The translations under genes were made by a program, and so were the position numbers. From Vicugna vicugna (lineage: Eukaryota): a stretch of DNA of 64,000 bases. The DNA lies in assembly GCA_013265495.1 (NCBI GenBank), contig MU061579.1, positions 1,485,319 through 1,549,318 of the forward strand, in the 5' to 3' direction. A model generated the notes under the pieces. The model saw nothing but the letters and a program-made list of their open reading frames with translations, was not told where the DNA came from and searched no databases. The stretch's first letter is position 1; the number at the start of each line of letters is the position of its first letter. Below are positions 26,707 to 39,829 of the stretch, piece after piece.

Positions 26707-29209
26707 TTTCCTTTATTAGCAGAAGTCTTTTTTGTCTCCTGTGAGAACTTCATTCTCAATAGGAACCAAATCTCTAGCTTTTTCCTAATCTCCAAACTAT
26801 AGTGGCATTCTAATAATTCAAAATTACCAAGAATTGCTAAAAATTCCATGCAATGAAAATAAATCATTTTCTTAAAATTCCTCTAGAAAAATAACAAATT
26901 CTAGGAAAGATGACTGCACATTAATGAGATGTTCCTCCATTTTCTCTTCAATCTGCTTATATTTTTCAATCATTCAATTTCAAATTAATTCTTCTAATTG
27001 CATAATAACTACCTGACAGTTGACATAACACATGCATAAAATTCAAAACAATGCCTGGCACTCAATAAATATTTCCTATTTTGCAATCTCTTTATCAGTT
27101 TTGAGCTTTATAATTTTTTATGAAATATATTAATTATTTAAAACATTTCTTAAAATGTAGTCTCTGTGCTGTGGATTCGGTGAAATATAAAACAAACCTG
27201 CTCTTCAAAAGAGCCTAGAGTCACATACTTACATCTAGAAACCTAAATAAAAACTAAAATAGAAGGCAGCAGCCCTATGTAATACATAATGTAAAATCCA
27301 TAATGTAAAAACTTAAGAATAATTTGGTCAAAGTTTTCTAGGAACTTACAGTACAATCAATAACAGTTTCATATAAAAAACTACAATTTTTTCATGGGAA
27401 ATATTCATGGGACTCTGTTTAAGTATGTATTTTAAAAATAGTACTATCAAGCACACCGGGAATTCTTCAGCTTATCCAAAAGAACTTCAAAATGCTTTAG
27501 TGTCTACCAATCCTGGGAGCCCCGATGTGGGTAGAGAGACACGTGCCTTTCTGAACATTGAAACCAAATTTTTAAATCAAGACTTGTGTTTTGTTTCCCC
27601 TGTCTTACACAATACGTACTACTGTTATTTAGTAATACATGAATAATAACGAAGCCACGTTACACCTGCAAATTGTTTCATTTCCTTAGCTGTATCTTTC
27701 ACAAAATATTCTATCTGTTTTTCCATTGATATCTGAGGATTTATGTACCTTATTCCACTGTGCATTGATTGGAGAATAAATTCCTGCAATATATTTCTTT
27801 TCCATGACTTTGTTATATATCTATAATTCAGACCAAATGTTACTGTCGTATTTTTAGTGCTTTTACCACACAAGCTACAGATAATCCAATCAGACCAACC
27901 AACATAATTCATTTCTTGCTCGGCTCAAAATACATATGCTTGAAAAATGTTTCTGAAAACTTAACAATAGTTACCAGGTGCCTTCAGTTTTTGAAGACAG
28001 TTTTTCTTGCTGAGTTTTATAGAATAAAAACAAGAGCAAATCCTGAAAGGAGAGTCGTTATTACCACTTATGTTCATAACCCCCAATCTGACACAACAAA
28101 AGAAAATACAATTGTTAATGTAAATACGTTGTTAGAATCTCTCTAATAAAGAATGTCAGTGTATAGTTAAGCATCCAAAAGTTTATATGATATCCATTCT
28201 ATGCTTTTTCTCTGTATGGTATTCATCTGTACTCCTTCAGTTCACAGCATAGCATCTGGTGGAATGTTGTTTTGAAATATTGTATTAACTTAATTTGATC
28301 AACTAACACACCGATGACTGTTAATACATGTTGTTCCTACCTTAAAATACAGGCGACATTCATTCCATATAATAATAATAATCATTCAACTCAAACATTT
28401 TTTTAGAAAAAGCAAGCAATACTCCAAGTAAAAATTAAAGAAATCATTTCATTCCAACAGTAATATGATCAATCAGAAAGCAGTTATGTTACATTGAGTC
28501 CAATTGTTTATTATATAGAATTAGGATGCAGAATTATCCTGGAGATGCAATAGGAACCTATGAATGTCCCAGCCACTTCAAAAATCACCTTAAAGACTAC
28601 TTGGAGTATAGTAGGTACAAAACTAATTAACTTCGGATTTGTTTGTTACATGAAATGGTTGCAAGTTTGAGCATTGATATGATCATCAAAAAGTGGTCCT
28701 TCAAGGAAATGCGTTTCACATAGGTATGCGTCATGGATGTTTGCAGTCTTGTATATGAAATACCTCCCCAGAACAAAAATGTAGAAGATATAAAAGTAAT
28801 TTTTAGTAGTAACAAATGTAAAGGATTCAAATTAAAATTTTAGATGGATATGAATATGGATCATTATTTTAATTAATTTGAATTGACATGTAGAATCAAA
28901 AATTATCAATGTGTTTTGCATTTAGCAGCCACAAATTTAGAAAAGGAAGTTACTCCAGTTAAGGCTATTACCGCATCCTTAAGTGACCACTTACGAAATT
29001 TTATCATAAAGCCAAAATACTAATGCTTATATTTCAAACGTCAAAGTTAGACTGTTTGAAACTGATTTTAATTTAACATAAAATAACATTTTGTCTATGC
29101 AGATTATACATGGTAAATTTTTTTTATTTTAAAATTATTTGTCCATGGTTACTTAAATTTTTACTGAGTGAAAAATTCATGGAAGATACTTTATTATTTA
29201 CTACTAGTA

Positions 29210-29835
29210 ATATAAAGATGAGTAACTTTTAATATCTTCCCTCCAGGTGCATATAGTCCAGTTGTCATAATAACCCTATTTTTATAACACAAATAAAAAT
29301 TTTGGAAAGTGGTTTCAAAAGCACCCAGATTCTATCAAAATTCAAAGAAAGAAAATTCACTTCCATCATCTTGAAGGAAGGTGACATTTAAGTCAGGTTT
29401 CGAAGACAAATAAAATTCAGCACAATGAGAAGGGCTGAGAGAGGGTATTAAAATATGGAGGAGGGAAGCCACATGGTGTGTTCTAGGAATGATGAGCAAG
29501 TCAGATTGGCTGCATCATTTAACATATATTGAGAAACAGTGTGAGAAAAGTTTGGAATATATAGCTCATGCAAATATTCAAATAATCAGATCAAACTTTA
29601 AAACAGGATGGCCATAATAGGTAGCTGTCAGTTTCTGAGCAGGAAAACTTGATGAAAATTTCTTTGATTTAGGGCTGTTAACTTGACAAATATGTGTAGA
29701 ATGACTTGGAAGACAAATTTACTAGAAGTATTTAAAAGAGTTAATGGAAGGGCTATGAGATTGAGGTGTGGGCTAGGGAGAGTCTAAAGTAATGTCCTGG
29801 GAAACAGAAACACTAAGGACTTAAACTAAAGTGGC
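29210..29835 (-). mobile_element. L2 LINE fragment
   Basis: gaaggaaggtgacatttaagtcagg...catggtgtgttctaggaa...gtttctgagcagg, typical of reverse-strand L2. Confidence 0.6.
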
Positions 29836-29844
29836 ACGTGGAAA

Positions 29845-30255
29845 TGAAGACCTGTTGTCCACACGATCTTTGTGTTCACCTTCCGTAGCTTAAAGCTATT
29901 GCTAAGAAACAGGATCCAGCCTGGGATTGTAGTTTTTAACCCCACTGCAGCAAGGCATAGCTGAGCTCTGAAGACAATTTAAGGCATGTAAGGACACAAG
30001 CTTGTGCAATTGTTAGAAATGAATGAGAAGCAAATTTATCTCCATCAATTTTTGTCCCCCAGTACTAACAGAAAGCAAAAAGATTTTGAAGTCCTAGAGA
30101 TGCCAAAAATTAAAGATAGGAGCCCAGTTTCCTAAATTACCATGAGCAACAAGGCCCCTTGAAAATCTGAAAAAGGAGTGAAGTGTTAAGTTTTTGAGGA
30201 TCCAAGGTTTGGGGTTTTAATAATTAGAACTAGCCTTACCCTCTTGACTAAAGTT
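29845..30255 (+). mobile_element. Old MLT1 (I/J/K-like) MaLR LTR
   Basis: gtcctagagatgcc...agatagg agcccagtttcctaaattaccatg...ggtttgggg...tagccttaccctcttgactaa. Confidence 0.5.
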
Positions 30256-30384
30256 ACTACAAACACACACACACAAAAACCTAAATATGTTTAATTTTAA
30301 GGTTTTAAAATTATTTATTAGTCATGATTATTTATGTATTCAAACAATATGCAAGAAATATTCAATTCCATTATCCAAGTATAG

Positions 30385-31510
30385 GAACGAAGGCTCCTTG
30401 GGGAAATGGCTGGCTCTAGGCCTTGGGCAGAATAGATCCAAAATAAGCCTGAAGCATCTTACAGTGTCAGAAACACACAAGTTCACACACATAGGGAGTA
30501 TATCACAGGAACAGAGAAACCAACTGAAAGATCTCCCAGTGGATTAAGTCCCAGTGGACTAATAATTTGAGCATCAAAGTAAATAAAAAAGATTAGAATA
30601 AAAAGCAAATATCCATGAGTCCATGTTGATGTAAATAAATGATTTGACACATACAAACATACATACATAAAAAGAAACATCTTCCATGCAGAAGAACTTT
30701 AAAAAAAAGTATATGGATATTCTACCTTCAGAGAGGTGGGCATAATTTCTCGCTTCTTAAATTTGGCCTGAGCCTGGTGATTTACTTCCAAGGGGTACAG
30801 TATGGAAAGGAAGAAGAGTAATTTCAAGGCTGAAAAAGCTAGAGGGTATAGCTCAGAGGTAGAGTGTGTGCTTAGCATGCATGAGGTCCTGGGTTCAGTC
30901 CCCAGTACCTCCATTAAAAATAAATGACTAAACAAATAAATAAACCTAATTACCTCCCCCTACAAAAAAAAAACTTTTTTTAAGGTGGAGAAAGCTGCCA
31001 AACACTACCTCAGCTTAAGTGATTCATATGAACTGTTGTAAGTCAGGTTGGTAATATGTACCCTTAATATGATATGATAAATGGTACTTTATCTTAATGG
31101 TCTTCCTCCTAAAAACCCATAACCCCAGTCTAATTATGAGAAAATTATCCGACAAATGGCAGTTGAGAACCAATATTACTCAAAACTGTCAACGTCGTCA
31201 AAAGCCAAGAAGATCTTGAGAAATTATCACAAACAGGACACATCATATGACAGGATAACTAAATATAATGTGGCATTTGAATGGAACCTCAAAACAAAAA
31301 ATAACTTTAGATAAAAGCTAATAAGCTCCATTATTCATTCAGATTTCATAACAATGTGTCAAAATTGATTCACTGATTGTGACAATAATACCATAAAAAT
31401 GCAAGATGTTAATAATAAGAGAAACTGGTAGTATATGGGAACGTCCCCTACTATCTTCAGAAATTTTCTGTAAGTCAAAAGCTATCTTAAAATAAAAATT
31501 TTATTCAAAA
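30385..31510 (+). mobile_element. L1MC-type 3' UTR, interrupted by a tRNA-derived SINE
   Basis: Same family motifs as 16060-17805 (ggctccttggggaaatggctggctctagg; taagcctgaagcatctt; acccataaccccagtctaattatgagaaaa) and an A-rich end. Confidence 0.82.
30841..30973 (+). mobile_element. Camelid tRNA-derived SINE (vic-1-type)
   Basis: tRNA-like head with A box (tagctcagaggt) and B box (gggttcagtccc), then cagtacctccattaaaaataaa...taaacctaattacctccccc and poly-A. Flanked by a 15-bp TSD with 12/15 identity (30826-30840 and 30982-30996). Confidence 0.88.
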
Positions 31511-32479
31511 TGGTAATAATTATGGAACAACTACACAAAAAGCAGTCATAGATGACAAAGAATACTTTATAAAATAACTTATTCCAGAATGAAGATTAAG
31601 CACCTTATCAATATATTCATCCATCATCAGGACAAAAGTATTTTGGGAGGCAATTCTCTGTGGGTTTTTGCACATTCTGTGAATGAGCCAGTAATTACCT
31701 TCCTGTTCCACACTATCCTTTTAATGCCGTCTATATGGCAAATTTTGTATATATCAAACATTTCTCTATATCATACAGCTTTGAAAGATAGAGTTAAGAA
31801 CAGGTTCATTTTCCTGCCAACTATAAAAGATTCAGACTCCTTAAGCTCATGTTTCGTCTACTGTAACACAGCTCATTGTTTGTGACAGTGACACACAGGG
31901 CTTTCATGAACCCTGTGAAAGGCGGGGCTCAGAGAACTCGTGCAAGAAAATGCTGATACCCTGGAGAGCGCTTAAATATTAAACTGTCCTTCGTCTGTAG
32001 CCTAGAAATTTTGCTTAGTCTACTAGTATCTGCAAAACTGGTCAAGTTAATAGACTGCAGGGAGGGTAACACTTCCTACTTCATGATTCTTGATAAAGGA
32101 CCTCACAATGCTGGGCTGGTAGATGTAATTCTTGGTGTGAAGCAGCGACCCCTATGTGTGCTAGGAGCAGCATTTCCTTTCTCTAAGGGGAGTTTCTATG
32201 GTAGTCATCCATTGTTGTACATCAAGTGTTATAATTAAATTATGTTAATTCATACATTTTCAGGCCATGGGATCTCTATCCAGATATAATAAAGAAGAGT
32301 GTATATTCAGATCTGATAATGTGGCATCTCCTTTGGATGAGGGCACTTTGTGCATGCGAAGAAGTATTTGCAAAGTATTTTTGGCCTGATAGTCAGACTT
32401 TGGCCCAGACGTACTGCTGTGTTTTTGGGTTTTGTTTTTGTTTTCCTGGCAAGTAACTATAAGGCCAGGAATTATGTTT

Positions 32480-32807
32480 CTAGTATCCTTAAGTGTAAGC
32501 ACAACTGCATAACTAATGGATATAAAATGAAGTGATGTACAATTTCCTGGACAATGGGATAAAATTTATGTGAGTTTTCTATGTCCTTTATCAGCTATCT
32601 GCCTGCTTGGAGAAAAAAACTCTGTGGCCCTCTGAGATGACTGACCCATAAATTGGTAGGATTCTGTGTCTCTGAGTCACTATGTTAAATGCCAGCTATT
32701 GAACACATTCATCAAAATATTGCATGACTATGAGGTTAACATATTTGTGTTAAGATACTAAGTATTGAAGCTTTATTATCACAACTAATATTAACCTAAC
32801 TAATGCA
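32480..32807 (+). mobile_element. MLT1J-like MaLR LTR
   Basis: gtgtctctgagtcacta...tttgtgttaagatactaag...ttaacctaactaatgCA. Confidence 0.55.
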
Positions 32808-33002
32808 ATGATAGTGAAAAAGAATGGCAATTAGAGAAATATGCTTTAGTGATATCAGTAGATTTTGCTAATTTATGGAAAGGTAAACAAAAAGATAATT
32901 TCTTGTGCCATCTAGAGGAGAATAAGTTTTGGAGGTTAAATTTTTAGATTTCTTTTAAAATTCTTATCTAGACCTTACAAATACTTATTTTGATTTGAGA
33001 GT

Positions 33003-33517
33003 TTTGGTAAACAGAAAAATCTATCCCCCAAAGATGTCTATATTCTAATTCCCAAAATTTGTTAATAGGTTATTTTTTCCTTGCAAAGGGAGAATTAACA
33101 TAGAAAATGGAATTAAAATTGCTAATCTCCTACTTTAAAATAGATTATTCTGGATTATCAGGGTGGGCCTAGTGCAATCACAAGGATCTATGTGTCAGAA
33201 AAGTGAGGTAGAAGAGGAGCACAGAGTGATGTAATGTTGGAAGGACTGAGCCTGGCGGTTGCTGACTTTGAAGACGGACGAGGTGGCTACAAGCAAAAGA
33301 ATGCAGAGTGACTCAAGATGATGTGAAGGGCAAGGGAACAGATTCTCAGTGACAGCAACAATGCAGAAAAGAATGCAGTCTTGCCAGCAGTTCGATTTTA
33401 GCCCACTGGGTCCCATTCTGGGTTTCTAAACTACAGAATTGTAAGTTAATAAATTTGTATCATTTTGAGACACTAAATTTGGGTGATGTATCATAGCAGC
33501 CATGGGAGACCAACACA
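33003..33517 (+). mobile_element. MLT1D-type MaLR solo LTR
   Basis: ccccaaagatgtcta...attctggattatcagggtgggcct...gctgactttgaagacgga...cagaattgtaagttaataaatttg...catagcagccatgggagaccaacaCA. About 515 bp. Confidence 0.88.
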
Positions 33518-33670
33518 GTAGTCATCCACACAGTGGTGCATGTAAAAAAATATATGGAAAAAAACCTAGAGGTGTAGATGTTTCTTTTTAGGAAGAGAAT
33601 GACCTCATTCAAAAGCAGAGGAAAAATGCTAAATTGTAACTTTGTATTTTTCCTTTATAGTCTCTCAACC

Positions 33671-34167
33671 TGTTGTGGTGTTTTATATTTGCTATTTCAT
33701 GTCACACTACCCCAAACACTGGTATTTCCTGGGTTCTGGATGAGAATGGACCACCGCAGATGTCTCTGGCCCATGACTTGGCATTCTTGGGGGAACTGCT
33801 CAACCACTAGGGCCCCCTCCCACCATCTACCAGACCAGTGGGCCAGACCCCTATCAAGGGCAGGGAATTTGGGACAGGTGTCTTCCTCCACTTCCCACAG
33901 GCCCACACTCTAATCCAGATATGAAAGGCAACCCTCAAGGATGACTATATTCTTGAAACACCAGGCATCTTGGATGGGTGGGCTGGTGGGTGAGAGGCTT
34001 ACTCTTGCCAAGCAATCTGCTGTCCAGCAAGCTAGTTAGCTCCTGTCTGTTGAAGGTGGTTCTCATAAGGAACCGCTGTGAGCATTAGTAGCCAACACTC
34101 AAAACATTAAAGAAGAGTGTAGCCACCTTAAAAAAAAAAAAAAAAGAATCTGGATGAACACCAACAG
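33671..34167. mobile_element. Ancient ERVL LTR fragments (LTR41-like on +, then LTR16-like on -)
   Basis: GC-richer block starting TGttgtggtgttttatatttgctat. The distal part ends gaatctggatgaacaccaacag, like a reverse LTR16 5' end. Family calls are tentative. Confidence 0.45.
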
Positions 34168-35319
34168 AAAAAAGAAAACCTTATTCTTTAGCTTTTGCCG
34201 AAGTCATATCTGAGTATAACTTTGAAGAGAATCAGGTTATTAAAGCCCTAACAGGGAAAAGAGCATTTGTTGATGTCATTCTAGGGTTTAATAAAAACAA
34301 ATGCCAATCTTTTATGCACAGGTGTGTGTATATGAAATTACTAAGGCTTAAACATGGCACTGATGATGCACACACACGAACAGCAGCTAAGATTTTACTT
34401 AAATAATTTTGATTTGTTTAAAAACAGATAAGAATATATTTCTGGTGTTTGGTATGCTTTTTAATGACAAGATAGTAGCATTATTTGGTAAAGAATTTAA
34501 CGTGAAAAAATAAGACTAAAATCTCATTGGCATTCATATTGGCATAAGACAGACTATACTTTCTGGTTTACATTTTCTTAAGAATATGGAATTATAATTT
34601 TAGAATCATTTTTTATTTAATTTATTTGACTGAGAGATAATTACTAGTTAATTTGTAAAATAAATTTTCTGGAATATTTTTGCCTCAAAGACACTGGAAA
34701 GCTGTTAAAGGCATTTTGCTTTTAGGCTAATGAATCAGTGTTTGGTAGTCACATAATTCATTTACACTGAATTTGGGAGAATGATGTACTTTCTGAATAT
34801 TTGGGTAGACATATTTTCATAAAATTCTGTTAATTTATTAACTATTATAAGGAATATATTTTTAAACATTAACTTGAGGGATATTTGTGATATTAAATGT
34901 AGTAATAAATAATTAATATGAAACAATTCCAACCAATGGGAAAAAGCTATCATGTTTTAACATCACTTAGTTAATTTGTCTTTTCATTAACCAGTTACAA
35001 AGTATCTTCTGTCAGGTTTAAGCTCATCACTATTCACAGGCGTTATCTCATTTAATATTAACTGAGTACATGACTGCAGTAATGAATAAATTATTAATAA
35101 ATAAATTGTTGTATGTTTATATTTGAGCCATTAGTACACATAATTTAATTCAGAAAGAAGATTTAAACTGTGAAATGGAAAATAATTTTTAGGGAGCATG
35201 GATTCAGATCTCAACTCTTACACTTAGGTGCTTTATGACCTTAGGTAAGCTTTTCAATCTTTCCTTTAAAATTACATGTTATATATTTTTAAGATTTCAG
35301 GGTCTGGAATCTTATTCTC

Positions 35320-35610
35320 TATATTCATTTCCTGGCTGAGTGGCCTTGGTCAAATACACTTTCTATGCCACAGTTTAGCCATTAATAAGAGGGGGATAAT
35401 ATTATTACATTCCTATTGTATTATTTGTGAAGATGAAGGGAATAGATACATCTAAAGCATTTATAGCAATACTTCCTAGGGGGAGGGTAATAGCTCAGTG
35501 GTACAGTGCATGCTTCAGGTTCTGCTTTCATTCCCCATTACCTCCATTAAGAAAAGAAAGAAAAAGAAAACCATGCTCCCTGAGAGTTCAATAATTATTA
35601 TAATAATTCA
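35320..35610 (+). mobile_element. MIR SINE, interrupted by a camelid SINE
   Basis: ctggctgagtggccttggtcaaat...ttgtgaagatgaagggaatagatacatctaaagcattt. Confidence 0.7.
35479..35570 (+). mobile_element. Camelid tRNA-derived SINE (vic-1-type), shortened copy
   Basis: gggggagggtaatagctcagtggtacagtgcatgctt...ccccattacctccattaa plus an A-rich tail. Lacks about 10 nt and has a degraded B box compared with the 30841 copy. Confidence 0.8.
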
Positions 35611-35730
35611 GTAATAAACACAATAATTAGTTGTTTATTATCATTATTGGTTTCTTCATCGACATACCTTATGTATTCTGGAAAAATGAATACACTATCA
35701 GGCGTACTTCAGTAAAACAATTTTCTGAAC

Positions 35731-36240
35731 TACAGAGTTGATGATTCCCTTTGCCATATCTATCCCCCCTACCACCTTGTGGAATTCATCATAACCATTC
35801 TTGTGTTTTGGATGAGACTGAATCCACTCCAAAGCTCCAGCGATGGGCCTACCCTGAGGGGCTCAAGCCACTGAAAACATCCCATTCTCTTGGCAAAAGT
35901 GATTGATTCATCATTGGCCACTTGCATCAATTCAGGCAAGCAGCAAAGAGAGGAATCTCTGGATGACACAGCGGGAGCTTTCAAAATTCAAACTTGCTAT
36001 AGCCATTTTACTCTTATGAGGGAAGATACTGAATCACCTCAAGCCACCATCTGAAGACTGAAGAAAATTCACCCTGCAGAAGGCATAGAAAAGACAAATA
36101 GGCAGTTTATGTCATTGGTATCATCAGTTAGGCAGCCAGACCAAGACTCGCCTGAAACCAATTCTCCATTTGTCATACCAGTAAAACATTTATCATAAGC
36201 TATAGCTAAAAGTAACTTTTGATACTTTGGTAAAGGAAAA
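35731..36240 (+). mobile_element. MLT1K-like MaLR LTR
   Basis: catcccattctcttggcaaaagtgattgattca...gctatagccatttt...gcctgaaacca. Confidence 0.6.
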
Positions 36241-36846
36241 ATAGAATACATTTTGAAACATAAATTTTAAAAAGCTTATGGTAACTACAAAATAGGGAAA
36301 AAATATGCCTCCTCTTTAGCTCAGTGACTGTGCATTGCACAGCAGGTGAAACTTGGATTTAATAGTAAATTAGGCAAGCCATTATACCCTTAAACGCCAG
36401 GAGTAAGTATGTAGCGCACCCTCAAGAACACTGTAAAGGGCACTGAGGTTGAGAATGCACATATTGAAATGTCCTTGTGTATTCCAGTGAAGAAAATTGG
36501 TATTAGTGAGATGTGGTACTCGTGATGTCTTCTAACTTACGTCTTTGAAAGCTCCATTGGCAAAGTATAAAATTTTCAAATATATGCTGTAGAAAGAGAA
36601 AACTCTCTTTCCTTGAGAGTGTAGTATCTCACCTTTCATGTCACCTTATCCTGGTGTGTGGGAAGAGAGGCTATTACTTTTTTTGATCACTTAAATAAGA
36701 AACAGTTCTACCCTTTGAAAGAAACCGTGTTTACCATTTTCGAGCCAGTGTGCTTATTTAGGTCAAAATACTCAATTCTGGAACATGTTGATTTCATTAG
36801 AGGGTTTGCCTTTAGCAAATAATTCCACGGCAATCACATTAGGAAC

Positions 36847-37160
36847 TGTGCCCATCAGAGTTCAGCTAGAGAAACAGAACCTATAAGAAATACGTATTAA
36901 GAAATGGATAGCAATTAATCAGCTTACACAAAATTGGGGACTGTCTAAGGCAAGCCCAAAGTCTTGAGAGTAGTCCGTCAGGAAGAGCAGCTGGTAACTC
37001 TTGGACCTGGGATAAACCTGCCGTCCAGAGGTGGAATTTCTTTTGCCCTCGACCTTGACCACATTTATATGACCTTTGTGATTACTTTGATTACTTTGGT
37101 CCAACCTAGGTAATCTTCTCGAGTCAAGATACTTAATCACATCAGCATGTAGTCACCTTG
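36847..37160 (-). mobile_element. MLT2-type (ERVL) LTR
   Basis: tcagagttcagctagagaaacagaacctataagaaatacgtattaagaaat...acttaatcacatc, the reverse of an MLT2 3' end. Confidence 0.72.
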
Positions 37161-37843
37161 CTGGGGGTTGGGGGTAGGGAGGGCTATTCTATCTACAATA
37201 ATAATTAGCAATAACAATAAAAATAGAAGAAGATAGGATTAGATTTACCAAATATCCTGCTTTTGTTCAATGCAGAGAATGAAAATGAATTTAAACTATA
37301 ATGGAAAAAAGAACAGAAACAAGCTTTTCATAATTTTTCCAGACTATTAAAAATAAAGTATTTGTTTTGAGCTACCTGAGTAGAAAATTGGAAAAACAAA
37401 GTGTTCACAGGGAAAAGATTTAGTGAGAAAAAGTCGGTTTTATATCATGCCTAAGGAGATCAAATTACAAAAAAAGCTATAACCATATAAAACCATAATC
37501 CACTTGGAAAAATAAGGAACCCACAGGTAACACAGAGATCATTTTAAGGTTCAAAAAGAAAAATAATTTTACATGTGGTAAAAGTTGATGTCTTCCACTC
37601 TACTGAATTACTCAAGGGAGTATAAATGATAAAAAATGCAATTATGCCCTTTGGAATTTCTCCAGATCTCTCTTTTTTTTAACCAATCCAATTTCCATAT
37701 GTGCCATATGACAGAAAAGAAAATCAAATGATCTGCCAGGTTATTCCTTGACAGTGAAAACAACTATTGAAAATGAATGTAATAAAAGCTATAAAAGGAA
37801 GAGAACAGAATAAAACAAGGAAAATTCTGGAAAATTAAAAGGG

Positions 37844-37922
37844 ATATATAGATGTATATATATACTGGTTATATGTATATATATATTCTATATGTTCTAT
37901 ATATATTCTACATATATATATA
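37844..37922. repeat. TA-rich low-complexity repeat within a probable very old L1 ORF2 remnant (~37440-38040, +)
   Basis: (TA)n-like tract seen directly. Flank agataaacagaccaatgaaagaaataaaa is L1 ORF2-like. Confidence 0.6.
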
Positions 37923-38869
37923 ACCAGTAGATAAACAGACCAATGAAAGAAATAAAATAACACTGAATTAGAAATTATAGACTCAGTATGAGTGAATTAA
38001 ATTAGTACTGATAAAATATTTTGCTGAAGATGGGCAAAGTTTGCCAATTTCACCCCAATAGAGCTTAAAAACGTAAGTGGTAATTTTTTGAAGACATTAT
38101 TTTTTTATTGAGATTACAAAACTTTTAAGTTTTACCTTAGGGACATCGTAGATGAAAAGTTTGATTATTTCTGTACCTGTATCTTCCTTTTCTTGTTTGG
38201 ATACCGAGACAAGATTTGCTCCTTGTTTCTATACTTAATTCCATTCAATCATAGACAATAAATTCCCAATGTCTTTATTCTTAGATGTATTTTCTGACTT
38301 ATCTACTCACAGTGTTTAGTCATCAGCTCTTTTTCTATATTGCCACTATACCTTGTGTTTATTACAACCCTTGTAACACTCTAGCAATAATGCATGCATG
38401 GGACTCTGGTACCATGTCAGCAACTAGGAGTCACGATTGTGTCTTAATTATTTTCAGTCCCTGATCACTCATCATAGTGTCTGGTCCAGAGTAGGACCTC
38501 TATACAATATTATTATGTAATATATGCATACAATGCATAAACTAGTGCTTATGGTGTTTAATGAATATTTCTATTTCTACTGGCACAATACTAGAGACAT
38601 GTTATTATAAGAATTAATATAGTTATCAGAAAGGGATGGGAAAAAATAAGTTTTGGTTGTAATTTAGGTTTCACTATACAAAAGAATCTCAAATGATCAA
38701 CTATATGTAGAATTTTTATTGACTATTTAGGGTCTTATTAATTCCTCAGGTGAAATCTGGTGAGGAATGAAAAATTCATCACAAACAATATACAGGAGTG
38801 TTATAATGTAAAATAAATTTTTTGGCATCAAGAAATAATACAGATCACAAAATGGGAGTCTCTTTAATT

Positions 38870-39065
38870 AGTTCTTACTTTGTTCTAGTGCTTAACTGTG
38901 CATTGTACTAATAGTTTATATACAATTCAGTTTATTTTAATCCTCAAAACAATTGTGAATAGTAGTTACTGTACCCCTTTTACAGATGAGAATGCATTGC
39001 TCAGAGCCTTATACTAAGTGGAAGAATAAGAATTCAATCCAATTTTGTCCCAGCCCAAAATTATG
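38870..39065 (-). mobile_element. MIR SINE
   Basis: tttaatcctcaaaacaatt...ccccttttacagatgagaa. Confidence 0.75.
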
Positions 39066-39829
39066 TATTTCCATTAGAATATACCCATCAAACATCACTT
39101 TCATGTGTCCTTTACTGACCAAAAACTTTTACAGAAAGCTATACAGAAAGCATACAGATTCCATTTGAATCTCTTTATTCTTCACACTGACATCCACATT
39201 AGATGACTTGGTTATCATTACCTTTTACATTGTTTTTCACTATCGTCAAGATTATGTGTTATATGTAAACAACTTACGACATCTGAACAGTTTTAGATTC
39301 TAAGGTTTGTGCCCAAGAAATAAACTCCCAACTTTCAGTCTCCAAAAACAGTAGATTTTTTTTTTAAAGAAAGAAACTCCACTGGAATAAACATTTTTCT
39401 CAATATGCTTTTCTTGCTGCATCTAGTCTGTCATTCTCAGGGCACTTAGAGATGTGGTTTTTGTTTTGCCCTCAGCTGAACTCTTAAACGAAGCTTCCTG
39501 AGACACATTGGACATTGCCATTATTCTACTTATTTCTCCAATCGACAGCAATGAACTGGGTGAAAAGCCTGTTTCCTTCTCATTTACCTGAACATTCTCT
39601 GTCCAGGCTCTTTTATAAACTGCATTCTCTCTCCAGGAATAGTTCTCTGTGCAGTAAATCCTTTGAGCTGGGTGGTGGGAAGTAAGCAGTAAGCTATGAT
39701 ATGGTGTCATTTAAGAAAAATTGCATTATTCTCTCTGATTTTTTTTCCCCTGTTCTCACACATAATAATTCTGGGATTCACTAACTATGCTTATTGAGGA
39801 AGAAAATGTCAAATATGTGTGAACTCTCT

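Noticed and set aside
27625..27912. 95-aa minus-strand ORF (MNYVGWSDWIICSLCGKST...) as a real gene or endogenous viral fragment
   Set aside because: No family motif recognised, and there is an in-frame stop just upstream. A rough estimate for AT-rich DNA gives a few ORFs of ~100 codons by chance in six frames of 64 kb. A BLASTP/HHpred hit would overturn this.
28061..28110. Good minus-strand acceptor (ttttcttttgttgtgtcAG) followed by IGGYEHKW*
   Set aside because: An isolated acceptor with no recognisable peptide or convincing donor.
28645..28765. Minus-strand reading YFIYKTANIHDAYLCETHFLEGPLFDDHINAQTCNHFM* as a terminal exon
   Set aside because: Weak acceptor, no recognisable protein and no supporting upstream exons.
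30841..30912. Functional tRNA gene
   Set aside because: It continues into a SINE body with poly-A and a TSD and has a second dispersed copy, so it is a SINE head.
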